Assembly: GCA_963717465.1 (NCBI GenBank)
Contig: OY970340.1
Coordinates: forward strand, 928,001-992,000
DNA from: Candidatus Bathyarchaeota archaeon
GTDB taxonomy: Archaea > Thermoproteota > Bathyarchaeia > Bathyarchaeales > Bathycorpusculaceae
DNA length: 64,000 bases
Direction: 5' to 3'
The notes beneath the pieces are model-generated. The model had not been told where the DNA came from and searched no databases. It was given only the letters and a program-made list of their open reading frames with translations. Made by a program: the position numbers and the translations under genes. Of the stretch, positions 31,198 through 42,528 are shown one piece after another. Within the stretch, counting starts at the first letter, position 1. Each line of letters begins with the position of its first letter.

Positions 31198-33198
31198 CTA
31201 TTTTCGCAGGGTTGGTTTGCCAATAGCAGTCACGATAATTTCAGTTCCACATGAAATCGTAGTTTGTTTGGCATTTGCGATGTCTTCTTGGGAAATATGT
31301 TGCCCTAATTCGAAATACAGCATCGCCGCTTTCTCCCCTGTGGGTCTCACGGTCGTCTTTATACGCGGGTCCTCTATTCCAACCCTTAGAGCTCTCTCTC
31401 TTGCTAATCTGATTGCTTCTTCTAGTGCATAATTTCCTGCTCTGTCAGCAGGCATGTAAATTGGCTCTTCTAAACCAAATATGGCAGCTTCGCCTTCAAC
31501 TGAAGGATTGGGCATTATTTGTAATATTACTGTTTCCACGACGACGCCGCTGATGGCTCCCACGGCGTTTCCGACAGGGTAATATGACGGTAGAACAAGT
31601 TTAGTATTTAATCGTTCGCAAACTGGGGGCATGAGTAATCCAACAGGGCCTCCGATTGCCACAATAGGATAGTTCGCTGTCACTTTTATTCCGAAACGAC
31701 CTTGCCTGCCTGTTGCAGCTTTGTCTAATAGGTATTGGCAAGTGTCGCATGTGGATTCCTCTTCCATTTCATCAAACAATAATTTTTTGGCAATTTCTTT
31801 GTACACATTGTTATAAACAAAGTTTAAGGCTGCAGTTACTAGTTCTTCTGGGGTTATTTTCAAATTTTGGGCAAAGACGATAACTCCTTTTTTGGAAGTT
31901 TCAGCATCCCATTCCAAGAAAGTACCTTGATAATGAAACAGGTCTGTAGGTGTTAAGCCAACCCCTTCAATTATGTACTGCGCTTTAAAGGTTTTAATGG
32001 CATTCTGAATTAGTGGCGCAGGTTTATTGAGATCCTGAACTAATTCGTAAAAAGTGGCCGGTTGTAATTTTTCTATTACCTCAAAGATTTCCCTTTCGTA
32101 TTTTTCAAGTTTGGCATTTTTTGCACTGTGGGCTATTAAGAAATCAGTGCATTTACTTGACCCTATTTTTTCAGCTAATTTCGGATACTTTTTAGCGGCA
32201 AGGCACAGCGGGATTACCCTTTCGGGACCAGCCCATACGTAACCGTTGTTTATCCAGATTCGGCTGTCCCCTGCTAAACCAATAGTTCTCATGGATAAGG
32301 CTTTCACGCGTGTTTTCCAGCCTCCTACCGAGGCTCCTTCAGGGTCTATTTGGCAGTTACCATCCATAACCATTCCAATGTCAGTGGATGTACCTCCGAT
32401 ATCAACAACAATGTAATCTTTAAGTTTTGATAAAACTCCTGCTCCCACGGCGCTTGCAGCTGGTCCCGAGAGCAATGTTTCTACTGGTCTTTCGCGTGCA
32501 ACTGCTTCGCTTGTTAGTGAACCGTCGCTTCTTACAACCATGAGGGGTGCATTGATGTCTCTTTCAATGAGGCTCATTTTCATTTTATCTATGAATTCTT
32601 TAATTATTGGAAGTAATCTAGCGTTAAGGTATGCTGTTGTAGTCCTTTCGTGCATACCGAGTTGAGGCGACATTTCGTGACCACAGACAACGGGCAGTCC
32701 TGTCATTTCTTTAATTATTTTTCTAGTCCTTATTTCGTGCTCTGGGTTTCTGCAGCCGAAGTAGGCTGAAACTGCAAATGCTTTAACTTTGCTTGCCATA
32801 GCTTCTACGGCTGATCTGACCGCTTGTTCATCTAAGGGCTCTAATGCCTCACCCATGAGGTCATGACCGCCACCCTTCACGAAAGCTTTCTCGATTTGCA
32901 ACTCTTTTGTGGCTTCTGGTTGATAGCCGATTAGTATTGTGCCTACATTCCAGCCTTTGTTTTGGAGTATGGAGTTTGTGGCAAGTGTTGTGGAGACTGA
33001 AACAAGCTTAATCTCCTCGCCTTTAACGTGGCCTTGCCCGAACGCGTTATTGATAGAATTGATTATGCCTATTGAAAGGTCGTATGGAGTTGTGCTGGCT
33101 ATTCCTGTTTCAATAATTTCGCCTGTTTCAATATCTAAAATTACGGTTTGAGTGTTTGAACCGCCAGTATCTATCCCCATTCCAAAGTTTTTCGGCAT
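31198..33198 (-). CDS. Hydantoinase A/oxoprolinase-family protein, paralogue 2
   Basis: Same motifs (GIDTGGSNT, SGPAAS, DIGGTSTDIG); highly similar to paralogue 1. Confidence 0.85.
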   Translation of the reverse strand: MPKNFGMGIDTGGSNTQTVILDIETGEIIETGIASTTPYDLSIGIINSINNAFGQGHVKGEEIKLVSVSTTLATNSILQNKGWNVGTILIGYQPEATKELQIEKAFVKGGGHDLMGEALEPLDEQAVRSAVEAMASKVKAFAVSAYFGCRNPEHEIRTRKIIKEMTGLPVVCGHEMSPQLGMHERTTTAYLNARLLPIIKEFIDKMKMSLIERDINAPLMVVRSDGSLTSEAVARERPVETLLSGPAASAVGAGVLSKLKDYIVVDIGGTSTDIGMVMDGNCQIDPEGASVGGWKTRVKALSMRTIGLAGDSRIWINNGYVWAGPERVIPLCLAAKKYPKLAEKIGSSKCTDFLIAHSAKNAKLEKYEREIFEVIEKLQPATFYELVQDLNKPAPLIQNAIKTFKAQYIIEGVGLTPTDLFHYQGTFLEWDAETSKKGVIVFAQNLKITPEELVTAALNFVYNNVYKEIAKKLLFDEMEEESTCDTCQYLLDKAATGRQGRFGIKVTANYPIVAIGGPVGLLMPPVCERLNTKLVLPSYYPVGNAVGAISGVVVETVILQIMPNPSVEGEAAIFGLEEPIYMPADRAGNYALEEAIRLARERALRVGIEDPRIKTTVRPTGEKAAMLYFELGQHISQEDIANAKQTTISCGTEIIVTAIGKPTLRK

Positions 33199-33232
33199 CT
33201 TCAAACCCACTTTACATTGAGCTAAGATGTTG

Positions 33233-33874
33233 TTAAGCCTTTGTTAGCCTAACACCCATATCAAATGCTTTCTTGCAGTCTAATGGAAAGACTTCTCTGC
33301 GTGTTTTTGTTTTATCCTCCACATCGAAATCATGGACATATTTTGAGTAATCGTTAAATTGGTAAGTGTTCACGACCACGAGCGATTCAGAAGCTCCACC
33401 AAATTGTCTGCTAAGCATCGCTTCATTAATCATTATTTGTTTGTCAAGTCCGAATAATTCTATCCTCTCTTCCGTACTGCCCATAGTGTAAATAAAGCCG
33501 CAATTTAATTTTTTAGGAGCAAGCGACTGATCCGACCCGTAAACCAAGTATGGGAACAATAATCGCTCAATAAAAGACCTCATCTCGCCAGACACTACTC
33601 CAATGTACACGGGGGAACCTAAAATCAATGCGTCTGCTTGTGCAACTTTTTCCAAAACCGGCGTCAAATCATCTTTATAAGCGCAACGCCCATAACTTTT
33701 TCCACCTTTGAGTTTGCAGGCAAAACAACTTGTGCAACCTTTAAAGTTCAAGTCGTAAAGGTGAATCAGCTCGGTTTGTGCTCCCGTCGAAGCGGCGCCC
33801 TCAAGAGCCTTGTTCAGCAAAGTCGCAGTATTCCAGGTTTTCCTTGGACTGCCATTAATGGCTATTACTTTCAT
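33233..33874 (-). CDS. Flavodoxin-like iron-sulfur flavoprotein (NADPH-dependent FMN reductase family)
   Basis: INGSPRK.WNT, GCTSCFAC...GRC..KDD, LGSPVY. Confidence 0.85.
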   Translation of the reverse strand: MKVIAINGSPRKTWNTATLLNKALEGAASTGAQTELIHLYDLNFKGCTSCFACKLKGGKSYGRCAYKDDLTPVLEKVAQADALILGSPVYIGVVSGEMRSFIERLLFPYLVYGSDQSLAPKKLNCGFIYTMGSTEERIELFGLDKQIMINEAMLSRQFGGASESLVVVNTYQFNDYSKYVHDFDVEDKTKTRREVFPLDCKKAFDMGVRLTKA

Positions 33875-33964
33875 TTTTATCACTTTACTTTGCTAGCGCT
33901 AAAAACATTATTTAAACCTATGTTAGATAACGTTTTTAACAATAGACATTTATGCTCTACAGGG

Positions 33965-35226
33965 ATGCATAGATTGGTTAAGCTAAAAGGATTCCAGAAA
34001 CTAACTTCTGTTGACGAAGCATTAAGCGTTTGGCTCGGTAAGCTTCAGGTGGAAAAACCTGTTGCGATTACGGTTCCGCTGAAAGAAGCTTTAGGTGGAG
34101 TTTTAGCTAAGGATTTAATTGCGGAAGATAATTTGCCGCGTTTTGATAGGTCCGCTATGGATGGTTATGCTGTTAAGTCTGAATACGCAGTTGGTGCATC
34201 ACAGTTTAAACCTGCAATTTTTAAAATTACTGAAGCGCAAGAGGTTAAAGTAAAAGAGGCCAAGCAAGTTTGGACGGGTAATCCGATACCGAAAGGTGCT
34301 GATGCAGTTGTTATGGTTGAGAACACTCGTAAGCGTGATGGGGAATTGGAAGTTTGGACGCCGCTTGCAGTAGATGAGAACGTATCAAGAAAAGGAGAAG
34401 ATGTCAAAAAAGGCGAAGTTATTGCAAAGGCTGGAACCCGTTTGAATCCATACCATATTGGTTTGGCTGCTGCACTTGGTGACAGTCAAGTTAGTGTTGC
34501 AAAAAAACCCATAATCAGCCATTGTTGCAACTGGAAACGAACTTGCAGAAGTAGGCTCTGAACCGTTGGCTGGTCAAATTTATGATTCAAATAAAGTCAT
34601 GCTTTCCGCTATGTGCTTAGGAATTAGGTGCTGAACCGCTTGATTTAGGCATAGTAAAAGATGATTTGGAAGAAATTATATCGAAAATCAAGGAAGCCTT
34701 GAAGGTTTCTGATGCGGTCATTACCACAGGTGGAACCAGTGTTGGAGGTTTAGATTTAGTGCCTGATGCTGTAAACAAGATTGGTAAACCTGGTGTTGTT
34801 GCTCACGGGTTAGCCTTAAAACCTGCAATGCCCACAGGAGTCGGCATATTAGATGATAAACCAATCATGATTCTGTCAGGTAACCCAGTGGCATCAATTA
34901 TCGGTTTTGAAGTATTTGGCAGACCATTAATCTCCAGAATGCTGGGAATGGAAAAAGAAGAACCAAGACCAGTTCTAAAAGCCGTCATGACAAGAAAAAT
35001 AGCCACTACCTTGGGCAGAAAAACCTTTGTTCGCGTTAACGTGTCTGAGAAAAACGGTGAATTAGTCGCAGAACCTGTCAGTGCAAAGGGTTCAGGCGCC
35101 ATATCCACCATGACAAGGGGTAACGGGTTTATTATAGTTCCAGAAAGCAGGGAAGGCGTAGGAGAAGGCGAAACAGTAACCGTTCACATGTATGGTCTGG
35201 TGGAGGCTACAAAACAGAATGTTTAG
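33965..35226 (+). CDS. moeA: Molybdopterin molybdotransferase MoeA, copy 1, frameshifted
   Basis: LPRFDRSAMDGYAV, TGNPIPKGADAVVMVE, TTGGTSVG, SGNP. Confidence 0.9.
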
Positions 35227-36464
35227 GAAGCTAATGACGGTTGATGAAGCAAAAAAAACTATTGACAGTTATTTTAAACCCACAATTTTAGGCGATGAAT
35301 ATGCCCCTTTAATAGAGGCTTACAATCGAGTTTTAAACGAAGATGTAACTTCTTCTCTTGATATTCCCCCGTTTAACCGTTCAACCGTTGACGGTTACGC
35401 AGTTAAGGCTGAGGATACTTTTGGAGCAGAAGAAAATAAACCTGCAAAATTAAAGATTGTTGGTTCCGTGGTTATCGGAGAAACTCCAAAAGTAGTTGTA
35501 AAAAAAGGTGAAACTGCGGAAATCGTAACTGGCGCACCCATTCCTGAAGGCGCAGATGCAGTTGTTATGGTAGAGGACACAGAGAGAAAAGATGATTACC
35601 TGCAAGTTTTTTCCTCAGTAACCAAGAATGCGAACATCCAAAAGAAAGGCTCAGACATCAAGAATGGAGAAAAAGTGCTTAAGATCAGGGCAGGTTTTAG
35701 GGACATCAGAAATCGGAGTTATAGCTGCTTTAGGTCTAACTAAAGTTAAGGTTCTTAAAGCTCCAATAGTTGCAGTTATTTCAACTGGTGGAGAAGTAAC
35801 TGAACTTGGAAAAGAATTGCCTGCAGGAAAAATCTATGACATTAACGCCTACAGCGTAAGCGCTGCAGTAATTGAGAGTGGGGGAAAACCAGTTTATTTG
35901 GCGCAGTTCCATGATGATAAGGCTGCATTGACGAAGGCTTTGGAGTCTGCTTTGGCTTCCTGCTGATGTTGTAATTACTTCGGGCGGCGTTTCTGTTGGT
36001 CCCAAGGATTTTACTCCGCAAGTTTTAGATTCGCTTGGTAAACCTGGCGTTGTTGTTTGCGGTGTTGCTTTAAAGCCTGGGAAACCAACGACTGTTGCGT
36101 TTGTTAACGGTAAACCTGTTATTTCGTTGCCTGGTCACCCAACGTCTGCATTGCTTGTTTTCCATTTGTTCGCTAAACAAATTATTCAGCGGTTAGCAGG
36201 TAGATTTTCAGCGCAAGACAAGGTTGTGAAGGCAGTGGCTGGTTCAAGAATGTTTTCAGCCAAGGGTAGACGAACTTTTGTTATGGTAAAGTTAACTCGT
36301 GACAAGAACAATCGATTGGTAGCTGAACAAGTTGAATCGGGCCGTCAGGAGCTATAACGACACTTGCTAAAGCAGATGGATTTGTCGAGGTTGCAGAAAA
36401 CAACCAGTTTATCGACGCTGACGAAGAAGTTGATGTCGTATTGCTCAGAGATGTCCAGATTTAG
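35219..36464 (+). CDS. moeA: Molybdopterin molybdotransferase MoeA, copy 2, frameshifted
   Basis: PPFNRSTVDGYAV, TGAPIPEGADAVVMVE, ISTGGEV, IYDINAY, KPGKPT, LPGHPTSA. Confidence 0.9.
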
Positions 36465-36818
36465 TCAGGCTTGCCAGTTTTTAAATACTGCAAAATAAAC
36501 TGTGAAAACCCATACTAATACCACGTAAACGATTAAGCCTATACTTATTTCCCAATTAGTAAAGCCAGTTGCGAATACAGTGTACAATGAAAGCACAGTG
36601 GACAAGATGAATAAGATTGCAATCAACCATTTTGCCCAAACTGCTTTTGCTTGAATGCCGTACACAGTTATGATGCTTAAAACTCCTATTAACGCAACAT
36701 GCGGAGGATAATTGGAAAAGGGCAGCAAAGCGAAAAGCAGAATTCCAGTTACTATATAGAATACTTTAGCTGCTAAATCTGCTTTGTTAGCTGATTTAAG
36801 TTTGGACACTAAGGACAC
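36465..36818 (-). CDS. Small membrane protein (about 4 TM)
   Basis: Hydrophobic ORF filling the intergenic space. Confidence 0.6.
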   Translation of the reverse strand: MSLVSKLKSANKADLAAKVFYIVTGILLFALLPFSNYPPHVALIGVLSIITVYGIQAKAVWAKWLIAILFILSTVLSLYTVFATGFTNWEISIGLIVYVVLVWVFTVYFAVFKNWQA

Positions 36819-36937
36819 AAGTATTCGCCTTTACCATAAGCATAAGAGTTGAATTTTATAAATTTGATGCTTACAAATCTCCATTATTTTTTTTGAAAAC
36901 ACTTTTCCTTACTGTTTCAGAGATTAAAGAGCGAAAT

Positions 36938-37459
36938 CTAAATTTTTGTAGCCAAATCAGTCATTTGCTGGACAAACTTTTTTATGTTCTCAGGCTGACC
37001 GTAAATTACTAATCGCCCATCCTTCTGTTTGTCAAAGAACAGGTTTTGCTCCTTAGCCAGTTCTTCAAGTTTCCCAACAGGGATACTTTCAATCGGTTCC
37101 ACTCGAATCCATTTTTGATCCCTTGGAACACCGGAAACAAATTTGTCTGCCTTATTTTTTTCTTTAAGCTGGGGATTTTCAACAGTAGTGTTTGCTTCCT
37201 CAATTTTTTTTAATAATTCGTCTGCTTTTTCTTGACCGAGCTTCTTTTGGATTTCCGTGATCAAATATCCTTCAACGTTATTGAGGTATTCCTCAACTTT
37301 CAAAATAGTTTCACCTGAACTATCCTTGTTCTCCAACAAAACAATCATTTGCTTAGCAGACCTTAAATCTTCCATAATATTTGTAGGTATGGCTACACTC
37401 TCTTTTTTAAGTTCAATCATCATGCTTTCAAGAGTTTTCCATACTTCCGCGTAACCCAT
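36938..37459 (-). CDS. DUF2096-like protein
   Basis: W..L..M..EL......IP....DLRSAK, VE.YL, C-terminal WIRV. Confidence 0.7.
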   Translation of the reverse strand: MGYAEVWKTLESMMIELKKESVAIPTNIMEDLRSAKQMIVLLENKDSSGETILKVEEYLNNVEGYLITEIQKKLGQEKADELLKKIEEANTTVENPQLKEKNKADKFVSGVPRDQKWIRVEPIESIPVGKLEELAKEQNLFFDKQKDGRLVIYGQPENIKKFVQQMTDLATKI

Positions 37460-37562
37460 AACAATCCCTGAAAATTTAATCATCCTTGATGTATAAAGAA
37501 CTATTGTTGCCAACAACGCAATTTATTCAAAGGTTTTAGAAACTTCATGTTTGTTTGTTAGG

Positions 37563-37889
37563 TTACCCAGTAAGAGTAGACTTGCAAGTTTTTGCCCAAA
37601 TTCTTTCTTGAGAAATTCCTTGATATCTTGATCTTCTATTGCAGCGAGTTCCAGAAGTGTCCTCATGTATTGGGATTCCTGTTTCTCTAAGCCTTTCACC
37701 TTTTGGAAAATCAACGTAAACATAATAATTATCGGCTGGAATAATCAACCGCAAACATGTAAATTCCCGCGTTGTCGCTTTTGAAATTCCGGCATGTTCA
37801 ATATTGTAAACTATTGTTTTTGGTTTAATTTCTTTTACTAATCGTTTGAATTCTTCCCATTTGTCTAAGCGCACGTATCTATCGCTCAA
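37563..37889 (-). CDS. Hypothetical protein coupled to thyA; probable frameshift near 3' end
   Basis: 4-nt overlap with thyA stop; WEEFK, YVYVDF, LRETGIPI. Confidence 0.55.
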   Translation of the reverse strand: MSDRYVRLDKWEEFKRLVKEIKPKTIVYNIEHAGISKATTREFTCLRLIIPADNYYVYVDFPKGERLRETGIPIHEDTSGTRCNRRSRYQGISQERIWAKTCKSTLTG

Positions 37890-38654
37890 CTAGAAAACCT
37901 TGTTTTCTCTTCTTTCTCCTGCATCGTCTTTGCAATGCGAAGATTAGAATTAGCTTTCGGTTCCACCAATTGACTAACCAGTTTAAACTGCCTCTCGTAA
38001 ACATGGCAATTTTTAGAATGAAAGATAAGTTTTCCAGTCTTTATTTCGAGATTTCCGCGTTCATTAATCTCAGATACAAGAGACTTCGTTAAACAATTGT
38101 AAACCTGCAATGTTAGCAGGTAATCCAGCATAAGCATCCCATGACCTGAAATAACACGTTAAATTCATTTGCCCATCAAGAATCTCAGTGTCTACTAAAC
38201 TTAAACATGGCGGCTCATGTTTTTCTTTGGTTTCCATGTTAACTTTGCGGATATCTTCGGGAAATCTTACCACCATTGTTACTTGCCTATCACGTTGCTC
38301 TTTCACATAGCGCTTGATAGCTTCTTCAACTTGATCCACCGGTTCACGAAGTCGACTGCCGTACGTGTAAGTTTCATCTTGTTTGCCTTCACCCGTCCAC
38401 AAATATGTCAAAGCGTACCATTGAACATACTTCATGTCGCAAGGCGCCTTATCACTAACCAGCGGACGATTTTCGGGATGAGCAATCTCCAGAGTCAGAT
38501 TCAACTTTTTCGTCTTCGTTTCCTCTGAACCATATCCGACTTGAAAAAGATCGCCTTCACTCCATATACTGCTTAAAGTTTTAAACCATGCATCCGGACA
38601 ATCGAACGCTGACACTTTAATATGCTTCAATGCAACCCGTTTCCCTAGCACCAA
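37886..38654 (-). CDS. thyA: Archaeal-type thymidylate synthase family protein, one frameshift
   Basis: YTYGSRL, PPCL, FRSWDAYAGLPANIAGL, H..NCHVYE. Confidence 0.8.
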
Positions 38655-38783
38655 TTACTTCATGCTTCAGAACACATAAAGTTTACCAAAACACAAAAAA
38701 AATGCTAAAGAAAAAATTAGTTTTTACGTCAGCAAACCACGCGCAAATTGTTGGATTTACTAACCAAGATTCTGGAATATACT

Positions 38784-39665
38784 TTACTCTTGTTCAAGGT
38801 TCATTGGATTGACTGTGCAGCCGGTCAGGGCTCCTCCCATGAAAGCGTAATCTACACTCAAGTCTGCACCGCTAATGTATGATGCAGCGTCGCTGTTTAG
38901 AAAAATCATTGCTTTTGCCTGCTCCTCTGGATTTGAATATCGGCCAACTGGGGAAACTAGTATGTCGGTTATCTCTGTGCCTTCCTGATTGAATGCTTCA
39001 TTGAAATCTTTAATCATAGGCGTCATCGTTGCTCCCGATGCTACTGTGTTTATTCGAATTTTCTTATTTGCTATTTCCCATGCTCGCCGTTTCACATAGT
39101 AAATTAGAGCTTCCTTGGAGAATACGTAGGATTTCTGTGGATTAGATGGGTCTTCGATTGAGTCTTTATGATTATTAAGCCAATCTACAGCTTCATCAAA
39201 TCCAGCTGTTTCATACAATTCCTTAAGTAAACCCATATGCGCCTGCCAGTTTGACCCTCCGATTGATGAGAGAATTGCTATTGCCCCATTTTCACTTAAC
39301 CTTGGCATGAGTGATTCAATTAAGTGGCGTGCACCAACAAAGTTAATCGTAGCTACTTCAGTGGGAGTGTATTCTCTTCCAGCGTACTTAATACCAGCTA
39401 CACCGGCAAAACTAAAGATTTTATCTATTCTATTTGGCAATTTTTGCACTGCCGTATCTATTGACTCTTTCTTACCCATGTTGATTGGCACCGCCTTAAG
39501 GGTTGGATCGCTAGGCGGTTTCACGTTAAACAACAGGTAGACTTCTGCTTCCATCTCTTTAAGAATCTTTACTGCTGCAGCGCCCATGCCTGAAGTGCCG
39601 CCTGTGACAACGCAAATTTTTCCTTTGTAGTTAAGAAGGTCTTCAGCCAAATTGATTTCTCCCAA
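38784..39665 (-). CDS. Short-chain dehydrogenase/reductase
   Basis: VVTGGTSGMG, YVFSK catalytic motif, IRINTV, ASYISG. Confidence 0.9.
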   Translation of the reverse strand: MGEINLAEDLLNYKGKICVVTGGTSGMGAAAVKILKEMEAEVYLLFNVKPPSDPTLKAVPINMGKKESIDTAVQKLPNRIDKIFSFAGVAGIKYAGREYTPTEVATINFVGARHLIESLMPRLSENGAIAILSSIGGSNWQAHMGLLKELYETAGFDEAVDWLNNHKDSIEDPSNPQKSYVFSKEALIYYVKRRAWEIANKKIRINTVASGATMTPMIKDFNEAFNQEGTEITDILVSPVGRYSNPEEQAKAMIFLNSDAASYISGADLSVDYAFMGGALTGCTVNPMNLEQE

Positions 39666-39866
39666 ATTACTAATATGTTGAAATTATGCTCTCATCAACA
39701 TAAAATTTATGGTTGTTCATCCTTACTAAAAAACTATCTGAGTAGAAGTAAATTCGTTTCAAGAGTCTTTTTAGATACTTTCATGAAAACTTGCAAAATC
39801 AAATTTAGCTTAAAACAGAAACTGAAAATTAATTAAAAAATTGATAAAGAAAATGAGGGTTGGTTT

Positions 39867-41553
39867 TTAGTAGGGCATTCCACCCATTCCGCCGCCGGGC
39901 ATTCCAGGCATTCCTGGCGATATTCCTTGTGGCATGCCGCCTGGGGGTATCGGTGGCATTCTTCCGCCGCCTTTGACGCTGATTAGGTCGTCGATTTTCA
40001 GAATCATGTTTGTTGCTTCTACGGCTGATTTGATGACTTGTTGCTTAACGCGTAATGGTTCAAGAACTTTCATGTCAAACATGTTCTTGATTTTACCTGA
40101 TTCAACATCGATGCCGAAGTATTTGCTGTCTGCTTTCTCATGTTCTGCTCTTAATGCAACCATGATATCAATCGGGTCCAATCCAGCGTTTTCCGCCAAG
40201 GTCAAAGGAATTGATTCAACTGCTTCAGCAAAAGCTTCAACTGCTAATTGCTCTCGTCCACCAACTTTAACTGCGAAGCTTCGCAGGTTTTTGGCCAATT
40301 CTGCTTCTGGTGCACCACCGCCTGCAACTATCTTTCCGTCTTCTATTGCGTTTCTTACGACGCATAAGCCATCGTGTAGGGAGCGTTCTGCTTCGTCGAT
40401 TAAGTTGTTTGTTGCGCCTCTGATAACTATTGTTACTGCCTTTGGATTCTTGCAATCTCGTATGTAGACAAGTTTGTCGTCGCCGATTTTTACTTCTTCA
40501 ACTTTCTTTGCTTTTCCAAGCACATCAGGAGTTAAATCAGTTACTTGTGCAACTATTTTTCCGCCTGTTGCTCTGGCTAACTTTTCCATGTCTCCGCTGC
40601 TTATGGATTTAACTGCTAAAATACCTGCTTTGCCTAGAAAATGCTGTACCATGTCGTCAAGGCCTTTCTCGCAGAAAAGAACATTTGCACCTGACTTGAC
40701 AACTGACAGTCACCATGTCTTTGAGCATTCGCTCCTCTTCATCTAGGAACATTTTCATTTGCTCTGGGCTTTCGATGTTTATTTTTGCTTCAAACTCTGT
40801 TTTTTCAATCTCCATTTTGGCATTCAGCAAAGCGATTTTTGCGCCGTCAATGAATTTTGGCATTGTTGGAGCAGCAATTTCTTTGTCAAGCACCATGCCT
40901 TTAACAAGTTCCGTTTCATCCAAGCTTTGACCATGCTTCTTAACAACTTTTATCAAATCAATATCAGCAACATATCTGTCCTCAACTTTTTCCGAAACCT
41001 GTTTAACAGCGGTGACAATCATCTTGGCAAAATGATCTTGGGCAATGTTTATGCCCTTGCTCGATAAGGATGTAATTGCTACCGTACGCAAAGTTTCTTC
41101 GTCATCTATGTTTACTGGAATCGCTATTTTCAGTAGAATTTCTTGAGCTTTTTCACTCGCCTTTTTGTAGCCGTCTATAATGACTGTTGAATGTATATTC
41201 TTATCAAGTAAACCTTCAGCTTTTGCAAGCAGTTCTCCCGCTAAAACCACTGCTGTCGTTGTGCCGTCACCAACTTCATTGTCCTGTGCTTTTGCAACTT
41301 CAACCAGCATTTTTGCTGCCGGATGTTGAACATCCAGTTCCTTCATTATTGTTGCGCCGTCATTAGTTATTGCAACGTCGCCTGTGCTGCTGACTAACAT
41401 TTTGTCCATGCCGCATGGACCAAGTGTAGTCTTTACAGTTTCGGCAACTATTTTCGCTGCCATTATATTGTTCCTTTGGGCTTCGCGTCCTGTTGATCTG
41501 CCCGTACCTTCTTTTAAGACAAGAATTGGAACGGTTCCTCCACCTGTTGACAT
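39867..41553 (-). CDS. ths: Thermosome (group II chaperonin) subunit, frameshifted near 40660-40710
   Basis: TTLGP.GMDKML, TNDGATI, GDGTTT, AGGGAPE, GGM-rich tail. Confidence 0.95.
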
Positions 41554-41748
41554 ATTTATCACCAAATATTTTCCTTTACAAATTCCTGTATACTAATCGT
41601 AGGAACAATTAAACCTTGAAATATAAATTTTTCCCAACAGCAATGCTGTTAAGTAAGTTACATAGCATTTCTGGAGTTCATTAAGCTTTTTGAACAAACT
41701 TTTTTTAAACAACTTTTGAATTGATATAAATTCAAAGAGCAGTTAATT

Positions 41749-42243
41749 GCTTGAAATATAAAAGAACCCAAAAAATGGCCTAAAGATTGCTATTGCCCTG
41801 CCATGTTGATGATTTTCTTGGTGCTTGATCCATTCTTTCCTACAAGCTTCTGCAAAACCAACCATCGCATTGTCATGGACCAGGCTAGGTGGATTCGCGT
41901 TTGGTTCAGGCATAAGCGGGACTTTTCTAGTTAACGCCCAAGTTTCAAGCGATGTGGTGAGAGTTGAATTCTACTTAAATGGAGGTCTTCAAGCTAATGA
42001 TACACATGCACCTTTCAACTGGATATTAGAAACAATCAATTTTCCCTTGGGCAATACAATATAACAGCGGTAGCCTACGACTCATCTGGACAGCAAGCCG
42101 CTACAACTTTAAACATAAACTTTGCATCCATTTTTATTGGATCCATATTAGCGATAGCTGCAATTTAGCAATGTTTATCGTGGCGCCAATACTTATCGTC
42201 TGGTACATTGCCAAAAAAAGCAAAAAAGTAAAGAATACTGTGA
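41749..42243 (+). CDS. Probable secreted/membrane-anchored Ig-like domain protein, frameshifted
   Basis: VVRVEFYLNG....D..APF.W...T then ITAVAYDSSG in a shifted frame; hydrophobic ends. Confidence 0.5.
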
Positions 42244-42528
42244 GTTAGAAGATAGCTATTTTATTTTGACTCGTTGTTGATTCCGAATTAATTCGTTTTT
42301 ATTTTCTGTAGGTAAAGGTTGATTTCTATCTATAAATTTTACATCAGGGCAAAAGCTTTCTAAATGTAAATTTTTTAGTATTAAAAAGGCAAGATATTTG
42401 ACAATAAAGTCTCGTATTTATTTGACAATCTTTCAAAGATTATATAGAAATGTTTATCAATGAATTGCTGGGCTATATTGCGTTAGCATTGCGCTAAGAG
42501 AAGGGGAAAACAGGCAGAGTAACATAAA

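Noticed and set aside
35955..35975. TGC-TGA in moeA copy 2 as a Cys-Sec motif
   Set aside because: The conserved ADVVITSGGVSVG continues in another frame; frameshift error.
39870..39975. GC-rich repetitive stretch as a repeat array
   Set aside because: It encodes the Gly/Met/Pro-rich thermosome tail.
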